From an uncultured Actinomycetes bacterium (lineage in GTDB: Bacteria > Actinomycetota > Thermoleophilia > Solirubrobacterales > Solirubrobacteraceae), in assembly GCA_963789015.1 (NCBI GenBank), contig CAWBIU010000001.1, forward strand, positions 1,203,989 through 1,267,988: a DNA stretch of 64,000 nt, read 5' to 3'. Each line of letters opens with the position of its first letter. Within the stretch, counting starts at the first letter, position 1. Below, piece by piece: positions 49,653 to 59,309 of the stretch. The position numbers and the translations under genes are program-made. The notes under the pieces were generated by a model, which was given only the letters and a program-made list of their open reading frames with translations, had not been told where the DNA came from and searched no databases.

Positions 49653-49694
49653 CTGCTAGCAGGTTAGCAAACTTCTCAGCTAACGAGCTAGCAG
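49653..49694. promoter_or_regulatory. Operator-like 16-10-16 inverted repeat in a divergent intergenic region
   Basis: CTGCTAGCAGGTTAGC - AAACTTCTCA - GCTAACGAGCTAGCAG. 14 of 16 arm positions are complementary. Relatively AT-rich surroundings. Confidence 0.55.
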
Positions 49695-49738
49695 CGTTGG
49701 CATCGAACATACGCTCGCATCGGACCGAGGAGAGATCG

Positions 49739-51320
49739 ATGGCGACCAGCGCCGAGAAGAGCTACGAGCAGGTGTGCGCCGAGCACGAGTGGCACGTCCC
49801 GGAGCGCTACAACATCGCCGCCGACGTGTGCGACCGCCACCCGCGCGACAAGCTCGCGATGGTCTGGGAGCGCCACGACGGCGCCCGCCGCGACGTGAGC
49901 TGGGGCGAGCTGCAGGACCTCGCCAACCAGACCGCCAACGTCCTCGCCGAGCACGGCGTGACGCGCGGCGACCGCGTCGCCGTCGTGCTGCCCTCGACCC
50001 CGGAGGCGGCCGCCGTCTTCTTCGCGACGTGGAAGCTCGGCGCGATCCTGCTGTCGATGTCGGTGCTCTACGGCAACGACGGCATCAAGCACCGCCTCAC
50101 CGACTCGCAGGCCAAGGTGCTCGTCACCGACGCCGACAACGCCCCGCGCTTCGACGCCTCGTGGGTCGACGAGGTGCTGGTGCTCGGCGACGACACGCTC
50201 ACCGGCGCGTCGACGGAGTTCGAGACCGCCGACACCGGCCCCGACGACCCCGGCCAGCTCTTCTACACCTCGGGCACGACCGGAATGGCCAAGGGCATCG
50301 TCCACGGCCACCGCTACATCCTCGGCCACGAGGAGTTCATCTACTCCCACGAGGTCCAGGACGGCGAGCGCTTCCACGGCATGGGCGAGTGGGCGTGGGC
50401 GGCCGGCATCGCGCCGCTGCTCGGCCCCTGGCGCCTGGGCGCCGCTGCAGTGCGTCTTCCAGCGCAAGGGCGGCTTCGACCCGCACAAGCAGCTCGACTT
50501 CCTCAGCCGCCACGAGGTCAGCAACGTCTTCACGACGCCGACGGCGATGCGCGCGATGATGGCGATCGGCGACGCGGGCACCCGCTACCCGCAGTCGTTC
50601 CGCCGCGTGTGCTCCGCCGGCGAGCCGCTCAACCCCGAGGCGATCCGCTGGTTCCGCGAGCAGTACGGCCTGACCGTGCTCGACTACTACGGCCTGACCG
50701 AGTCCTATCCGCTGTGCGGCAACTTCCCGTGGATGGAGGTCCGCGAGGGCTCGATGGGCCGCCCGATGCCCGGCTGGGAGATCGCCATCCTCGACGAGGA
50801 CGAGCGACCCGTGGCGCAGGGCGAGCGCGGCGAGATCTGCCTGCGCGCGCGGACGAACCCGCACTACCCGCTCGGCTACTGGAACCGCCCGGAGGACTCC
50901 AAGGAGGTCTTCGAGGGCGACTGGTTCCACACGAAGGACGCTGCCACCGAGGACGAGGACGGCTACATCTGGTACGCCGGGCGCGCCGACGACGTGATCA
51001 TCGCCGCCGGGTACCGGATCGGCCCGTTCGAGGTCGAGTCGGCGTGCCTGGAGCACGCGGCCGTCCGCGAGGCCGCGGCGGTCGCCTCGCCCGACGAGAT
51101 GCGCGGCAACGTCGTCAAGGCGTTCATCGTCCTCGCCGACGGCCACGAGCCGTCCGACGAGCTCGTCGTGGACATCCAGCGCTTCGTGCGCGACCGCCTG
51201 AGCGCCTACGCCTACCCGCGCAAGATCGAGTTCGTCGACGACCTGCCCAAGACGCTCACGGGCAAGATCCGCCGCATCGAGCTGCGCGAGCGCGAGATGG
51301 ACGCGGCGAAGGGCGGCTGA
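49739..51320 (+). pseudogene. AMP-forming acyl-CoA synthetase, frame broken at 50444
   Basis: GAGGAG lies before ATG 49739. YTSGTTGMAKG motif. ..GPWRLGA continues as LQCVFQRKGGFDPHKQLDFLSRHEVSNVFTTPTAMRAMM... (ORF 50547..51320), ending PKTLTGKIRR. Confidence 0.85.
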
Positions 51321-51355
51321 TCGCGCAGCCGCCCTCGCCGTGCCGTGGTTGAGAG

Positions 51356-51816
51356 CTAGCCCCTGACGCGGAACACGCGCTTCGCGGCGCGCCCGAGCCG
51401 CGTGCGACTCGTGCCGGCGCGGGCCTCGAGCACGTAGCGGCGCCCGGCGCGCAGCTTCCGGGCGAGGCTCGGCGAGCGCAGCACGAACCGCGCCCGCTTG
51501 CCGCCGGTGACCGTCCCGCCGCCGACGGCACCGCGCCCGCCGAGATGGCCGGGGCGAGCGCGAGGCGCGCCACCGCGGCCGCGGCGACAGGCGCCGCGGT
51601 GGTCGCAGTGGCGCGCGTCGACGCCGTCGCCGCCGGCACGGTGGCCGGGACGGTGGTGGGGGGCAGGGTGGCCGGCTTCTCGATCGGGAAGCCGGCGACG
51701 CTGCCGCCGCGGTCGGAGACGACCGTGACGCAGCCACGACGGCGCGCTGCCGGAGCAGCCCGCGTGACGCCGTCCCGATCGACCTTCGCGTCCGTGCCGC
51801 GGTCGATGCGTGACAA
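51356..51816 (-). CDS. Hypothetical Ala/Thr/Pro-rich protein, possibly frame-disrupted
   Basis: High GC3 from ATG 51816. A coding-like C-terminus (..TVTGGKRARFVLRSPSLARKLRAGRRYVLEARAGTSRTRLGRAAKRVFRVRG*) lies in a different frame and ends at TAG 51356-51358. Confidence 0.3.
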
Positions 51817-51956
51817 GAGTTCCCCCTGCTGTTGCTTGTCTCAGATGATCCGGAACGGGCGCTCCGCTGCGAAGGCCGTCATGCGCGAACCTGTGTGCGC
51901 CATCGTGCAGCGCGCGGTCCGTTCACGGACCGTGCGCCTCGGTAGCCTGCCGCGCC

Positions 51957-52820
51957 ATGGCTGAGGTCCGCGAGATCGGCGTCGTCGGCGCCGGGTTCAT
52001 GGGCTCGGGCATCGCCGAGTCGGCGGCCCGGGCGGGATTGCGCGTGCATGTCTACGAGCCCGACGAGCGGCCGCTCGAACTCGCTCGCGAGCGAATCGCC
52101 GAGTCCGTGCAGCGCGCCGTGCGCGGCGGCAAGCTCGACGAGGCCGAGGGCGGCGAGCTGCAGGAGCGCATCACGTTCTCGACCGGGATGCACTCGCTGC
52201 ACGGCGCCGAGCTGGTCGTCGAGGCGATCATCGAGGACGACGAGATCAAGCGGCGCATGTTCCGCACGCTCGACGACGCGCTCGACGACGGCGTGATCCT
52301 CGCCTCGAACACCTCGTCGATCCCGATCGCCGGCCTCGCCGCGGCGACGCACCGGCCGGAGCGCGTCATCGGGCTGCACTTCTTCTCGCCCGTGCCGGTC
52401 ATGAAGCTCGTCGAGATCGTCGTCGCGCTCGACACCGCCGACGAGACGATCCGGCGCGCCGAGTCGTTCGTCACCCAGATCGGCAAGCGCCCGATCCGCA
52501 CCAAGGACCGCTCGGGCTTCATCGTCAACATGCTGCTCGTCCCGTACCTGATGGCCGCCGTGCGCATGTACGAGGACGGCTTCGCCAGCCGCGAGGACAT
52601 CGACGACGGCATGCAGCTCGGCTGCGGGCATCCGATGGGGCCGCTGAAGCTGTGCGACTTCATCGGGCTCGACGTCCTCTACGCGGTCTGCGACTCGCTC
52701 TACGAGGAGTTCAAGCGGGCCGAGTACGCGCCGCCGCCACTGATGAAGCGGATGGTCGCCCTCGGCCACCTGGGCCGCAAGACGGGGCGCGGCTTCTACG
52801 AGTACGAGCGCCGCGGCTGA
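51957..52820 (+). CDS. hbd: 3-hydroxybutyryl-CoA dehydrogenase
   Basis: IGVVGAGFMGSGIA, ASNTSS and GLHFFSPVPVMKLVE motifs. 287 aa. Confidence 0.9.
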   Translation: MAEVREIGVVGAGFMGSGIAESAARAGLRVHVYEPDERPLELARERIAESVQRAVRGGKLDEAEGGELQERITFSTGMHSLHGAELVVEAIIEDDEIKRRMFRTLDDALDDGVILASNTSSIPIAGLAAATHRPERVIGLHFFSPVPVMKLVEIVVALDTADETIRRAESFVTQIGKRPIRTKDRSGFIVNMLLVPYLMAAVRMYEDGFASREDIDDGMQLGCGHPMGPLKLCDFIGLDVLYAVCDSLYEEFKRAEYAPPPLMKRMVALGHLGRKTGRGFYEYERRG

Positions 52821-52829
52821 CCCGCGGGC

Positions 52830-53481
52830 TCACCGTGCGGCGCGGACGATGAGCAGCTCCTCCTCGCGCTCGCCCGAGCGCGAGGAGGCCACGCGCCTCG
52901 AGCCGCCCCGCCCGCGCGGCGAGCAGCGGTCCGAGCGCGCCGCGGCGGCGCTCGATCACCTCCACCTCGAGCCCCCGGGCGGCGAGCCGCGCAACCGTGC
53001 GCTCCTCGCCGGTGAGCGAGGAGTGGACGAGCAGCAGGAAGCCGCCCGGCGCCAGGTGCGCGGGCGCGGCGTCGCAGATGCGGTCGAGCAGCACGCGCCC
53101 GTCGAGCCCGGCGTCCCACGCGCGCTCGGGCCCGCGGCGCGGCAGTTCCTCGTCCTCCTCGGCGGGCAGGTAGGGCGGGTTGGAGACGATCGCGTCGAAG
53201 CGCTCGCCGGCCACCGGCGCGAGCAGGTCGCCGCGCAGCGCGCGCACCCGGACCCCGTTCAGGCGCGCGTTGAGCCGTGCGCTGAGCACGGCGCGGCGCG
53301 AGACGTCGATCGCGGTCACCGCACCGGCGCCGGCCAGCGCCGCCGAGACGGCGATCGCGCCGCTGCCCGTGCAGACGTCGAGCACCGTCGCGCCCGGGCG
53401 CAGCTCGCCGCACAGGCGCGCGGCGAGCAGCCACGTGTCCGGGCGCGGCTGGAACACGCCGGGTACGGGGATGAGGCGCAT
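52830..53481 (-). pseudogene. HemK/PrmC-like NPPY methyltransferase, frame broken at 52872
   Basis: ATG 53481. VLDVCTGSGAIAV motif I and VSNPPYL motif IV. ..RGLLALG continues as EREEELLIVRAAR* after one extra C. Confidence 0.75.
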
Positions 53482-53526
53482 GGCGCCCGCATCCCGCGAT
53501 CGGGCAGGATCCAAACCAGGAGCGCA

Positions 53527-54669
53527 GTGGCGACGACCCCCGACACCGAGCCGCTCAGCGCCGCCACCCTGCGCGCGCCGTTCGAGCCGCCCGCGCCGAT
53601 GACCGTCGGACTCGAGGAGGAGCTGATGGTCCTCGACGCCGACTCGCTCGACCTCGCGCCCCGCGCGCCGCAGATCCTCGCCGCCGCGGCCGGCGACGCG
53701 CGCTTCAAGTCCGAGCTGCCGGCCGCGCAGCTGGAGATCGCGCTGCCGCCCGCGACCGACGTCGGCGCCGCGGCGACGGCCCTGCACGCTGCGCGCGCGG
53801 AGCTCACCGCGCATGCGGCGGCAGCCGGGGCACGTGTCGCGGCCGCGGGCGCGCACCCGTTCGCCGCCCCCGAGGGCCCCGTGCACCCCCTGCCGCGCTA
53901 CCTCGAGCTCGAGGCGGAGTACGGCGCGGTGATCCGCCACCAGCTGCTCTTCGGGCTCCACGTCCACGTCGCCGTGCGCCCGGCCGAGCGCGCGCTCGCC
54001 GTCTACAACGCGATGCGCTCCTACCTGCCGCTGCTCGCCGCGCTCGGCGCCAACGCGCCGTTCTACGCGGGGCGCGACACCGGGCTGGCCTCCGTGCGCC
54101 CGAAGATCGCCGACATTCTCCCGCGCCAGGGCGTGCCGCCCGAGATCCCGAGCTGGGACGCGCTCGCCGCCTACCTGCGCTGGGGCCGCGACGCGGGCGC
54201 CGTGCCCAGCCCGGCGCAGTGGTGGTTCGAGCTGCGCCTGCACGTCCGCTACGGCACCGTCGAGGTCCGCGTCCCCGATGCGCAGGCCACCGTCGCCGAC
54301 GCGACGGCGATCGGGGCCGTCGTCCACGCGCTCGTCGCCCGCCTGGCCGAGCGCCACGACGCGGGCGAGCGGCTGCCCGTCCACGACACGTGGCGAATCG
54401 CCGAGAACCGCTGGTCGGCGTGCCGGCGCGGCGTGGAGGCCGGGCTGGCCGACCTCGACAGCGGCGCGGTCCTTCCGGCCCGCGAGCGGCTCCATGCCCT
54501 GCTCGACGAGGTCGCGCCGGCCGCGGCGCGGCTCGGGGCCGCGGCGCAGCTGGAGGACGCCCGCGCACTCGTCGAGACCAACGGCGCCCTGCGACAGCGC
54601 GCCGTCGCGCAGGAGCGCGGACTGGCCGGCGTCGCCGGCTGGCTGGCCGAGCGTTTCCTGGCGCACTAG
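53527..54669 (+). CDS. Carboxylate-amine ligase, glutamate-cysteine ligase family 2 (YbdK-like)
   Basis: GTG 53527. GLEEELMVLD, SELPAAQLEI, FGLHVHVAV and WWFELRLHVRYGTVEVRVPD are GCS2 hallmarks. Confidence 0.85.
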   Translation: MATTPDTEPLSAATLRAPFEPPAPMTVGLEEELMVLDADSLDLAPRAPQILAAAAGDARFKSELPAAQLEIALPPATDVGAAATALHAARAELTAHAAAAGARVAAAGAHPFAAPEGPVHPLPRYLELEAEYGAVIRHQLLFGLHVHVAVRPAERALAVYNAMRSYLPLLAALGANAPFYAGRDTGLASVRPKIADILPRQGVPPEIPSWDALAAYLRWGRDAGAVPSPAQWWFELRLHVRYGTVEVRVPDAQATVADATAIGAVVHALVARLAERHDAGERLPVHDTWRIAENRWSACRRGVEAGLADLDSGAVLPARERLHALLDEVAPAAARLGAAAQLEDARALVETNGALRQRAVAQERGLAGVAGWLAERFLAH

Positions 54670-54711
54670 GCGCCGGTGCGAAGGGTGGCCGGCGCGGGTA
54701 TGGGGCGCCTC

Positions 54712-55722
54712 ATGCCGAAGCTCCCGTCCCCGCGCGGCGAGGCGTCGACCCTCCTGATCGACGCGCTCGCACGCCCCCCGCACACGCTTGCGCCCGTCCC
54801 GATCCGCACGCCGGAGGACCCGCTCGCCGACGATGACCTCCAGCTCGCGCTCTACGTCCTCTACGAGCTTCACTACCGGGGCTTCGACGAGGCCGACGAG
54901 CGCTGGGAGTGGGAGCCGTCGTTGCTGGCCCTGCGCGGTGCGCTCGAGGCGTGCTTCGAGACGGCGCTCGACGCGGCCGTCCCGGCGGTGACCGAGCGCC
55001 CGGCGCCCGAGGAGATGGACGTCGCCCTGCGCGCGGTGGCCGACGCCGACGACGGCCCGTCGCTGTCGCGCCACCTCGAGCGCGACGGGACGCTCGAGCA
55101 GTTCCTCGAGTTCGCCGTGCACCGATCGGCCTACCAGCTCAAGGAGGCCGACCCGCACTCGTGGGCTCTGCCGCGCCTGGACGGGGCGCCGAAGGCCGCG
55201 CTCGTCGAGATCCAGGCCGACGAGTACGGCGGCGGGCGCGCCGAGCGCATCCACGCGGAGCTGTTCGCCGGATCCCTGCGCGCGCTTGGGCTTGACGACG
55301 CCTACGGCGCCTATCTCGACCACATCCCCGGGGTGACGCTGGCCACGGTCAACCTCATGTCGCTGTTCGGCCTGCACCGCCGGCGGCGGGGCAACCTCGT
55401 CGGCCACCTCGCGCTCTTCGAGATGACCTCGTCGATCCCCAACCGCCGCTACGGCGACGCCCTGCGCCGGCTGGGCCTCGGCCAGGACGCGACCGCGTTC
55501 TTCGACGAGCACGTCGAGGCCGACGCCGTCCACGAGGCGATCGCCGCCGTCGACCTCGCGGGCGGGCTCGTCCGCCAGCAGCCCGCGCTGTGCGGCGACG
55601 TCCTGTGGGGGGCGCAGGCGCTCGTCGAGCTCGACGCGCGCTGGGCCGCGCACGTGCTCGGCGCGTGGGCGGCGGGCCGCAGCTCGCTGCGCGTTCCGGT
55701 CGCCGAGGGCGCTCCGGTCTGA
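54712..55722 (+). CDS. Iron-containing redox enzyme family protein (heme-oxygenase-like fold, Haem_oxygenas_2)
   Basis: YVLYELHYRGF, EIQADEYGGG, HxxLF, ALFEMTS and FDEHVEADAVHE give an E/H-rich ligand pattern. Start is 54676, 54700 or 54712. Confidence 0.65.
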   Translation: MPKLPSPRGEASTLLIDALARPPHTLAPVPIRTPEDPLADDDLQLALYVLYELHYRGFDEADERWEWEPSLLALRGALEACFETALDAAVPAVTERPAPEEMDVALRAVADADDGPSLSRHLERDGTLEQFLEFAVHRSAYQLKEADPHSWALPRLDGAPKAALVEIQADEYGGGRAERIHAELFAGSLRALGLDDAYGAYLDHIPGVTLATVNLMSLFGLHRRRRGNLVGHLALFEMTSSIPNRRYGDALRRLGLGQDATAFFDEHVEADAVHEAIAAVDLAGGLVRQQPALCGDVLWGAQALVELDARWAAHVLGAWAAGRSSLRVPVAEGAPV

Positions 55723-55750
55723 GCGCTCGCCGCGCCTAGACTCGGACGCA

Positions 55751-56509
55751 GTGGACACTCCCGCGCCGAGCACGACCGAGACCTGGGACGCGTTCTTCAG
55801 CGACTTCTACCTCCGCGCATACGCGTCCGACGAGCGCGACGCCGAGGCGCGCGAGCAGGCGCTCGCGGCCGCCCGGCTGGCCGCCTGTCCGGAGGGCGGC
55901 GCGCTGCTCGACGTCCCGTGCGGGTTCGGGCGCCACTCGCTCGCCCTCGCGCGGGCCGGCTACCGCGTGACCGGCGTCGATCGCTCGGCGACGCTGCTCG
56001 CGGAGGCCGAGCGTCGGGCGGGCGAGGGGCCGGCGCCGAAGCTCGTGCGCGCCGACTACCGCGAGCTGCCGTTCGCCGACGAGAGCTTCGACGCCGCCGT
56101 GAACCTGTTCAGCTCGCTCGGCTACCTCGGCGACGAGGAGGACACGCGCGTGCTGGCCGAGATCCGCCGCGTCCTGCGGCCGGGCGCGCGGCTCGTGATC
56201 GAGACGATGCATCGCGACTGGCTCGCGCGGGGCTTCTCCGAGCGCGACTGGCGGCTCATGGGCCGCGGGCGGCTGCTGCTCGAGCAGCGCACCTTCGACC
56301 CGGCGTCGGGCGTCGCTCAGACCACGCAGACGCTGATCGATGGCTCGGGCGAGCGCGAGTCGCGTTCGTTCTCCGTGCGCGTGTACACGGCGACCGAGCT
56401 CGTGCGCATGCTCGGCGAAGCGGGCTGGGCTGAGTCCCGGTGCCTGGGTGACCTCGACGGCGGCCCGCTGTCGCTCGACACGCGCCTCGTCGTGGTGGCG
56501 ACCGCGTAG
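55751..56509 (+). CDS. Class I SAM-dependent methyltransferase
   Basis: LLDVPCGFGRHS motif I, VTGVDRS, FDAAVNLFSSLGY. Confidence 0.85.
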   Translation: MDTPAPSTTETWDAFFSDFYLRAYASDERDAEAREQALAAARLAACPEGGALLDVPCGFGRHSLALARAGYRVTGVDRSATLLAEAERRAGEGPAPKLVRADYRELPFADESFDAAVNLFSSLGYLGDEEDTRVLAEIRRVLRPGARLVIETMHRDWLARGFSERDWRLMGRGRLLLEQRTFDPASGVAQTTQTLIDGSGERESRSFSVRVYTATELVRMLGEAGWAESRCLGDLDGGPLSLDTRLVVVATA

Positions 56510-56540
56510 GCTCTCGACGGGTGCGCTCGGACCGGAGAGA

Positions 56541-57035
56541 ATGCGCCGCATGCTCAGGCCCATCCTGATCACGGGCTCGCTCGCGGCACTCGCCGGGGTC
56601 GGGACCGCCGCGGCGCAGGCGCCCTCCCCGCAGACGCTGACGGTCATCGAGACGGCGCGCGGCGGGACCACGAACGTCGTCGACCGCCCGCCGCTGTCGC
56701 GCCAGGGCGGGACGAAGCGGCGGCTCACCAAGGACGACACGCTCGTCATCACGAACCCGCTCCGCGACACGTCCGGCCGCGCGGCCGGCCGCCTGCGCGC
56801 GAGCTGCGCGGTCACGAAGGCCGGCGGGTTCGACAGCGCCGCCGGCGACTGCCTCGGCGTGTTCCAGCTCAAGGCGGGGCGGATCTACGTGACGGTGCCG
56901 ATGAACCTGGCCGCGACCACCACGACGGGCGCGGTCCTGGGCGGCACCGGCGCCTACGCGGGCGTGCGCGGCACCTGGACCTCGGTCCAGCGCCGCAACG
57001 GCAGCGCGCGCGACACCCTCACGCTGACCCGCTAG
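56541..57035 (+). CDS. Small secreted hypothetical protein (dirigent/AOC-barrel-like pattern)
   Basis: GGAGAGA lies before ATG 56541. Signal peptide ILITGSLAALAGVGTAAAQA. C-terminal GGTGAYAGVRGT motif. Confidence 0.6.
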   Translation: MRRMLRPILITGSLAALAGVGTAAAQAPSPQTLTVIETARGGTTNVVDRPPLSRQGGTKRRLTKDDTLVITNPLRDTSGRAAGRLRASCAVTKAGGFDSAAGDCLGVFQLKAGRIYVTVPMNLAATTTTGAVLGGTGAYAGVRGTWTSVQRRNGSARDTLTLTR

Positions 57036-57426
57036 GGATCCCGGCCGGCGGCTGGTGCAGCCCGAAGGGCGATCCCTGGTCGTCGCGGCACAGCTTGAAG
57101 CGCCCGAAGCGGGCAACCGAGTCCTCGTCGCCCTCGACGTCGGCGTCCTCGACCGTGCCGCCCAGCTCACGCACGCGCGCGATCGCCGTGTCCATGTCGT
57201 CGACGGCGAAGAACAGGTACGGCGAGGCGCCCGGGTCGCCGCCGTGGAGCCCGCCGCCGAGCGTCGCCGTCGAGATGACGCCCGGCTCGCCCGAGGGCCC
57301 GGGCGCGAAGCTCCATCCGAACAGCGCGCCGTAGAAGGCGCGGCCGCGCTCGGCGTCCTCGACGCCGATCTCGAAGAACGCCGGCTCGCCCGCCATCCCG
57401 TCTCCTCCTTCGTCTGTCGTCGACAC
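57019..57426 (-). CDS. VOC (glyoxalase-like) family protein
   Basis: FFEIGVEDAERGRAFYGALFGW and DDQGSPFGL motifs. The start may be ATG 57396. Confidence 0.75.
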   Translation of the reverse strand: MSTTDEGGDGMAGEPAFFEIGVEDAERGRAFYGALFGWSFAPGPSGEPGVISTATLGGGLHGGDPGASPYLFFAVDDMDTAIARVRELGGTVEDADVEGDEDSVARFGRFKLCRDDQGSPFGLHQPPAGIPSGSA

Positions 57427-57492
57427 GATGGCGGCGAGCCTACGCGCCGCTCCCGCCGCCGTCTTGGACGGATGGGAGCGGCGCGCAGCGCG

Positions 57493-58332
57493 TCAGTCCG
57501 AGGTGCGGGCGCGCAGGCGCCAGAGCGTCAGCGGCACGGCCACGGCGAGGATCGCCAGGCACCAGCTGAGCGCGGCGAGGACCGGGTGCTCGAGCGGCCA
57601 CGGCGCCGAGTCTGGGAGCGCGGTCGGGTTGCCGAAGAGCGTCCGCGTGGCCGCGACCATCGCGCTGATCGGGTTCCACTCCGCGACCGCGCGCAGGCCG
57701 TCGGGCAGGCCGGCGAGCGGCACGAACACGTTGGCCAGGAAGGTCAGCGGGAAGATGGTCACGAAGGCGATGCCGGCGACCGCGTCGGGCGAGCGGACGG
57801 AGACGCCGAGCAGCGTGCCGACCCACACCATGGCCATCGCGAAGAGCAGCAGCAGCGCGAACGCGGCGGCGACGTGGGGGACGTCGGTGTGGATGCGCCA
57901 GCCGACGATCAGCCCGCTCGCCACCATGACGACGAGGCCGAGCGTGGCGGCCGCGAGCTCGGCCATGACGTGCCCGAGCAGGTAGGCCGAGCGCGCGATC
58001 GGCAGCGAGCGGAAGCGGTCGACGATCCCCTCGGTGAGATCGGTGGCGATCGACGTCCCGGGGCCCATGACGCCGAAGGTCAGCGTCTGGACGAGCACTC
58101 CGCCGATCAGGTACTCGCGGTAGCTGCCGTCGGGCACGGCGATCACGCCGCCGAACACATAGGCGAAGAGCAGCACGAACATGAGCGGCTGCAGCGTCAC
58201 GTCGAACAGCTTCTCGGGGATCTGGCGGATGTGGGCGACGTTGCGCCGCGCCATGGCGAGGCTGTCGCTGAGCAGCCAGGCTGCCCGGGTCGTGGCGCCT
58301 GGCGGCGTGTCGTGGAACGTGGTCGTGGTCAT
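57493..58332 (-). CDS. ABC-2 type transporter permease (DrrB-like)
   Basis: ATG 58332 overlaps the ATPase stop (ATGA). 6 TM segments. RFRSLPIARSAYLLGH is an ABC-2 signature region. Confidence 0.85.
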   Translation of the reverse strand: MTTTTFHDTPPGATTRAAWLLSDSLAMARRNVAHIRQIPEKLFDVTLQPLMFVLLFAYVFGGVIAVPDGSYREYLIGGVLVQTLTFGVMGPGTSIATDLTEGIVDRFRSLPIARSAYLLGHVMAELAAATLGLVVMVASGLIVGWRIHTDVPHVAAAFALLLLFAMAMVWVGTLLGVSVRSPDAVAGIAFVTIFPLTFLANVFVPLAGLPDGLRAVAEWNPISAMVAATRTLFGNPTALPDSAPWPLEHPVLAALSWCLAILAVAVPLTLWRLRARTSD

Positions 58333-59309
58333 GTCAGGGCCTCCTCGGCGGCCGGGGCGGCGCGCCGGGTCAGGGTCAGGAAGACGTCGTCGAGCGTCGC
58401 CTCGCGACGGTTGACGTCGGTCGCGTCGACGCCGGCGGCGTCGAGCGCGCGCACGACCTCGATGAGGCGCGTCCCCGCCCGCAGCGGCGCGACGACCTCG
58501 TCCTGGACGGCCGTGGGCGCGCCGTCGGAGAACGGGGCCAACGCGGCCGCGGCGGGCTCGAGGGCATCGGCCTGGGCGACGCTGACGGCGATCCGCTCGC
58601 CGCCGATGCGGGCCTTCAGGTCGGCCGGCGAGCCGGCAGCGACGACCCGGCCGTGGTCGAGGACGACGACCTCGTCGGCGAGGCGGTCGGCCTCCTCGAG
58701 GTACTGGGTGGTGAGGACGAGCGTCGTGCCCGCGGCGACCCGGTCGCGCAGCAGCTCCCACAGGTCGGTGCGGCTCTGCGGGTCCAGCCCGGTCGTCGGC
58801 TCGTCGAGGAACAGGACGGGGGGCTCGGCCATGAGGCTGGCGGCGAGGTCGAGCCGGCGGCGCATGCCGCCCGAGAAGGTCTTCACGAGCCGGTCGGCGG
58901 GCTCGACGAGGTCGAGGCGCTCGAGCAGCTCGGCGGCGCGACGCCGGCGCTCGGCGCGCGGCAGGTGGTACAGGCGCCCGACCATCTCGAGGTTGGCGCG
59001 GGCGGTCATGAGCCCGTCGACGGTCGCGTACTGGCCGGCGAGGCCGATGCGCGAGCGCACGAGCGGCGCGTGCTGCACGACGTCGAGGCCGGCGACGGTG
59101 GCGCGGCCGGTGGTGGGCCGGGCGAGCGTCGTGAGGATGCGGATCGCGGTCGTCTTGCCGGCGCCGTTGTGGCCGAGCAGGCCGAGCACCGTGCCCGGCG
59201 CGACGTGCAGGTCGACGTCGCGCAGAGCCCAGTGGTCGCCGAACCGCTTGCCGAGGCCCTCGGCGGTCACCCCGGCGTTCGTCGTATCACGTACGTTTGA
59301 GTAGTACAT
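58329..59309 (-). CDS. ABC transporter ATP-binding protein (DrrA-like)
   Basis: Walker A GHNGAGKTT, signature FSGGMRRR, Walker B VLFLDEPTTGLD. Confidence 0.9.
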   Translation of the reverse strand: MYYSNVRDTTNAGVTAEGLGKRFGDHWALRDVDLHVAPGTVLGLLGHNGAGKTTAIRILTTLARPTTGRATVAGLDVVQHAPLVRSRIGLAGQYATVDGLMTARANLEMVGRLYHLPRAERRRRAAELLERLDLVEPADRLVKTFSGGMRRRLDLAASLMAEPPVLFLDEPTTGLDPQSRTDLWELLRDRVAAGTTLVLTTQYLEEADRLADEVVVLDHGRVVAAGSPADLKARIGGERIAVSVAQADALEPAAAALAPFSDGAPTAVQDEVVAPLRAGTRLIEVVRALDAAGVDATDVNRREATLDDVFLTLTRRAAPAAEEALT

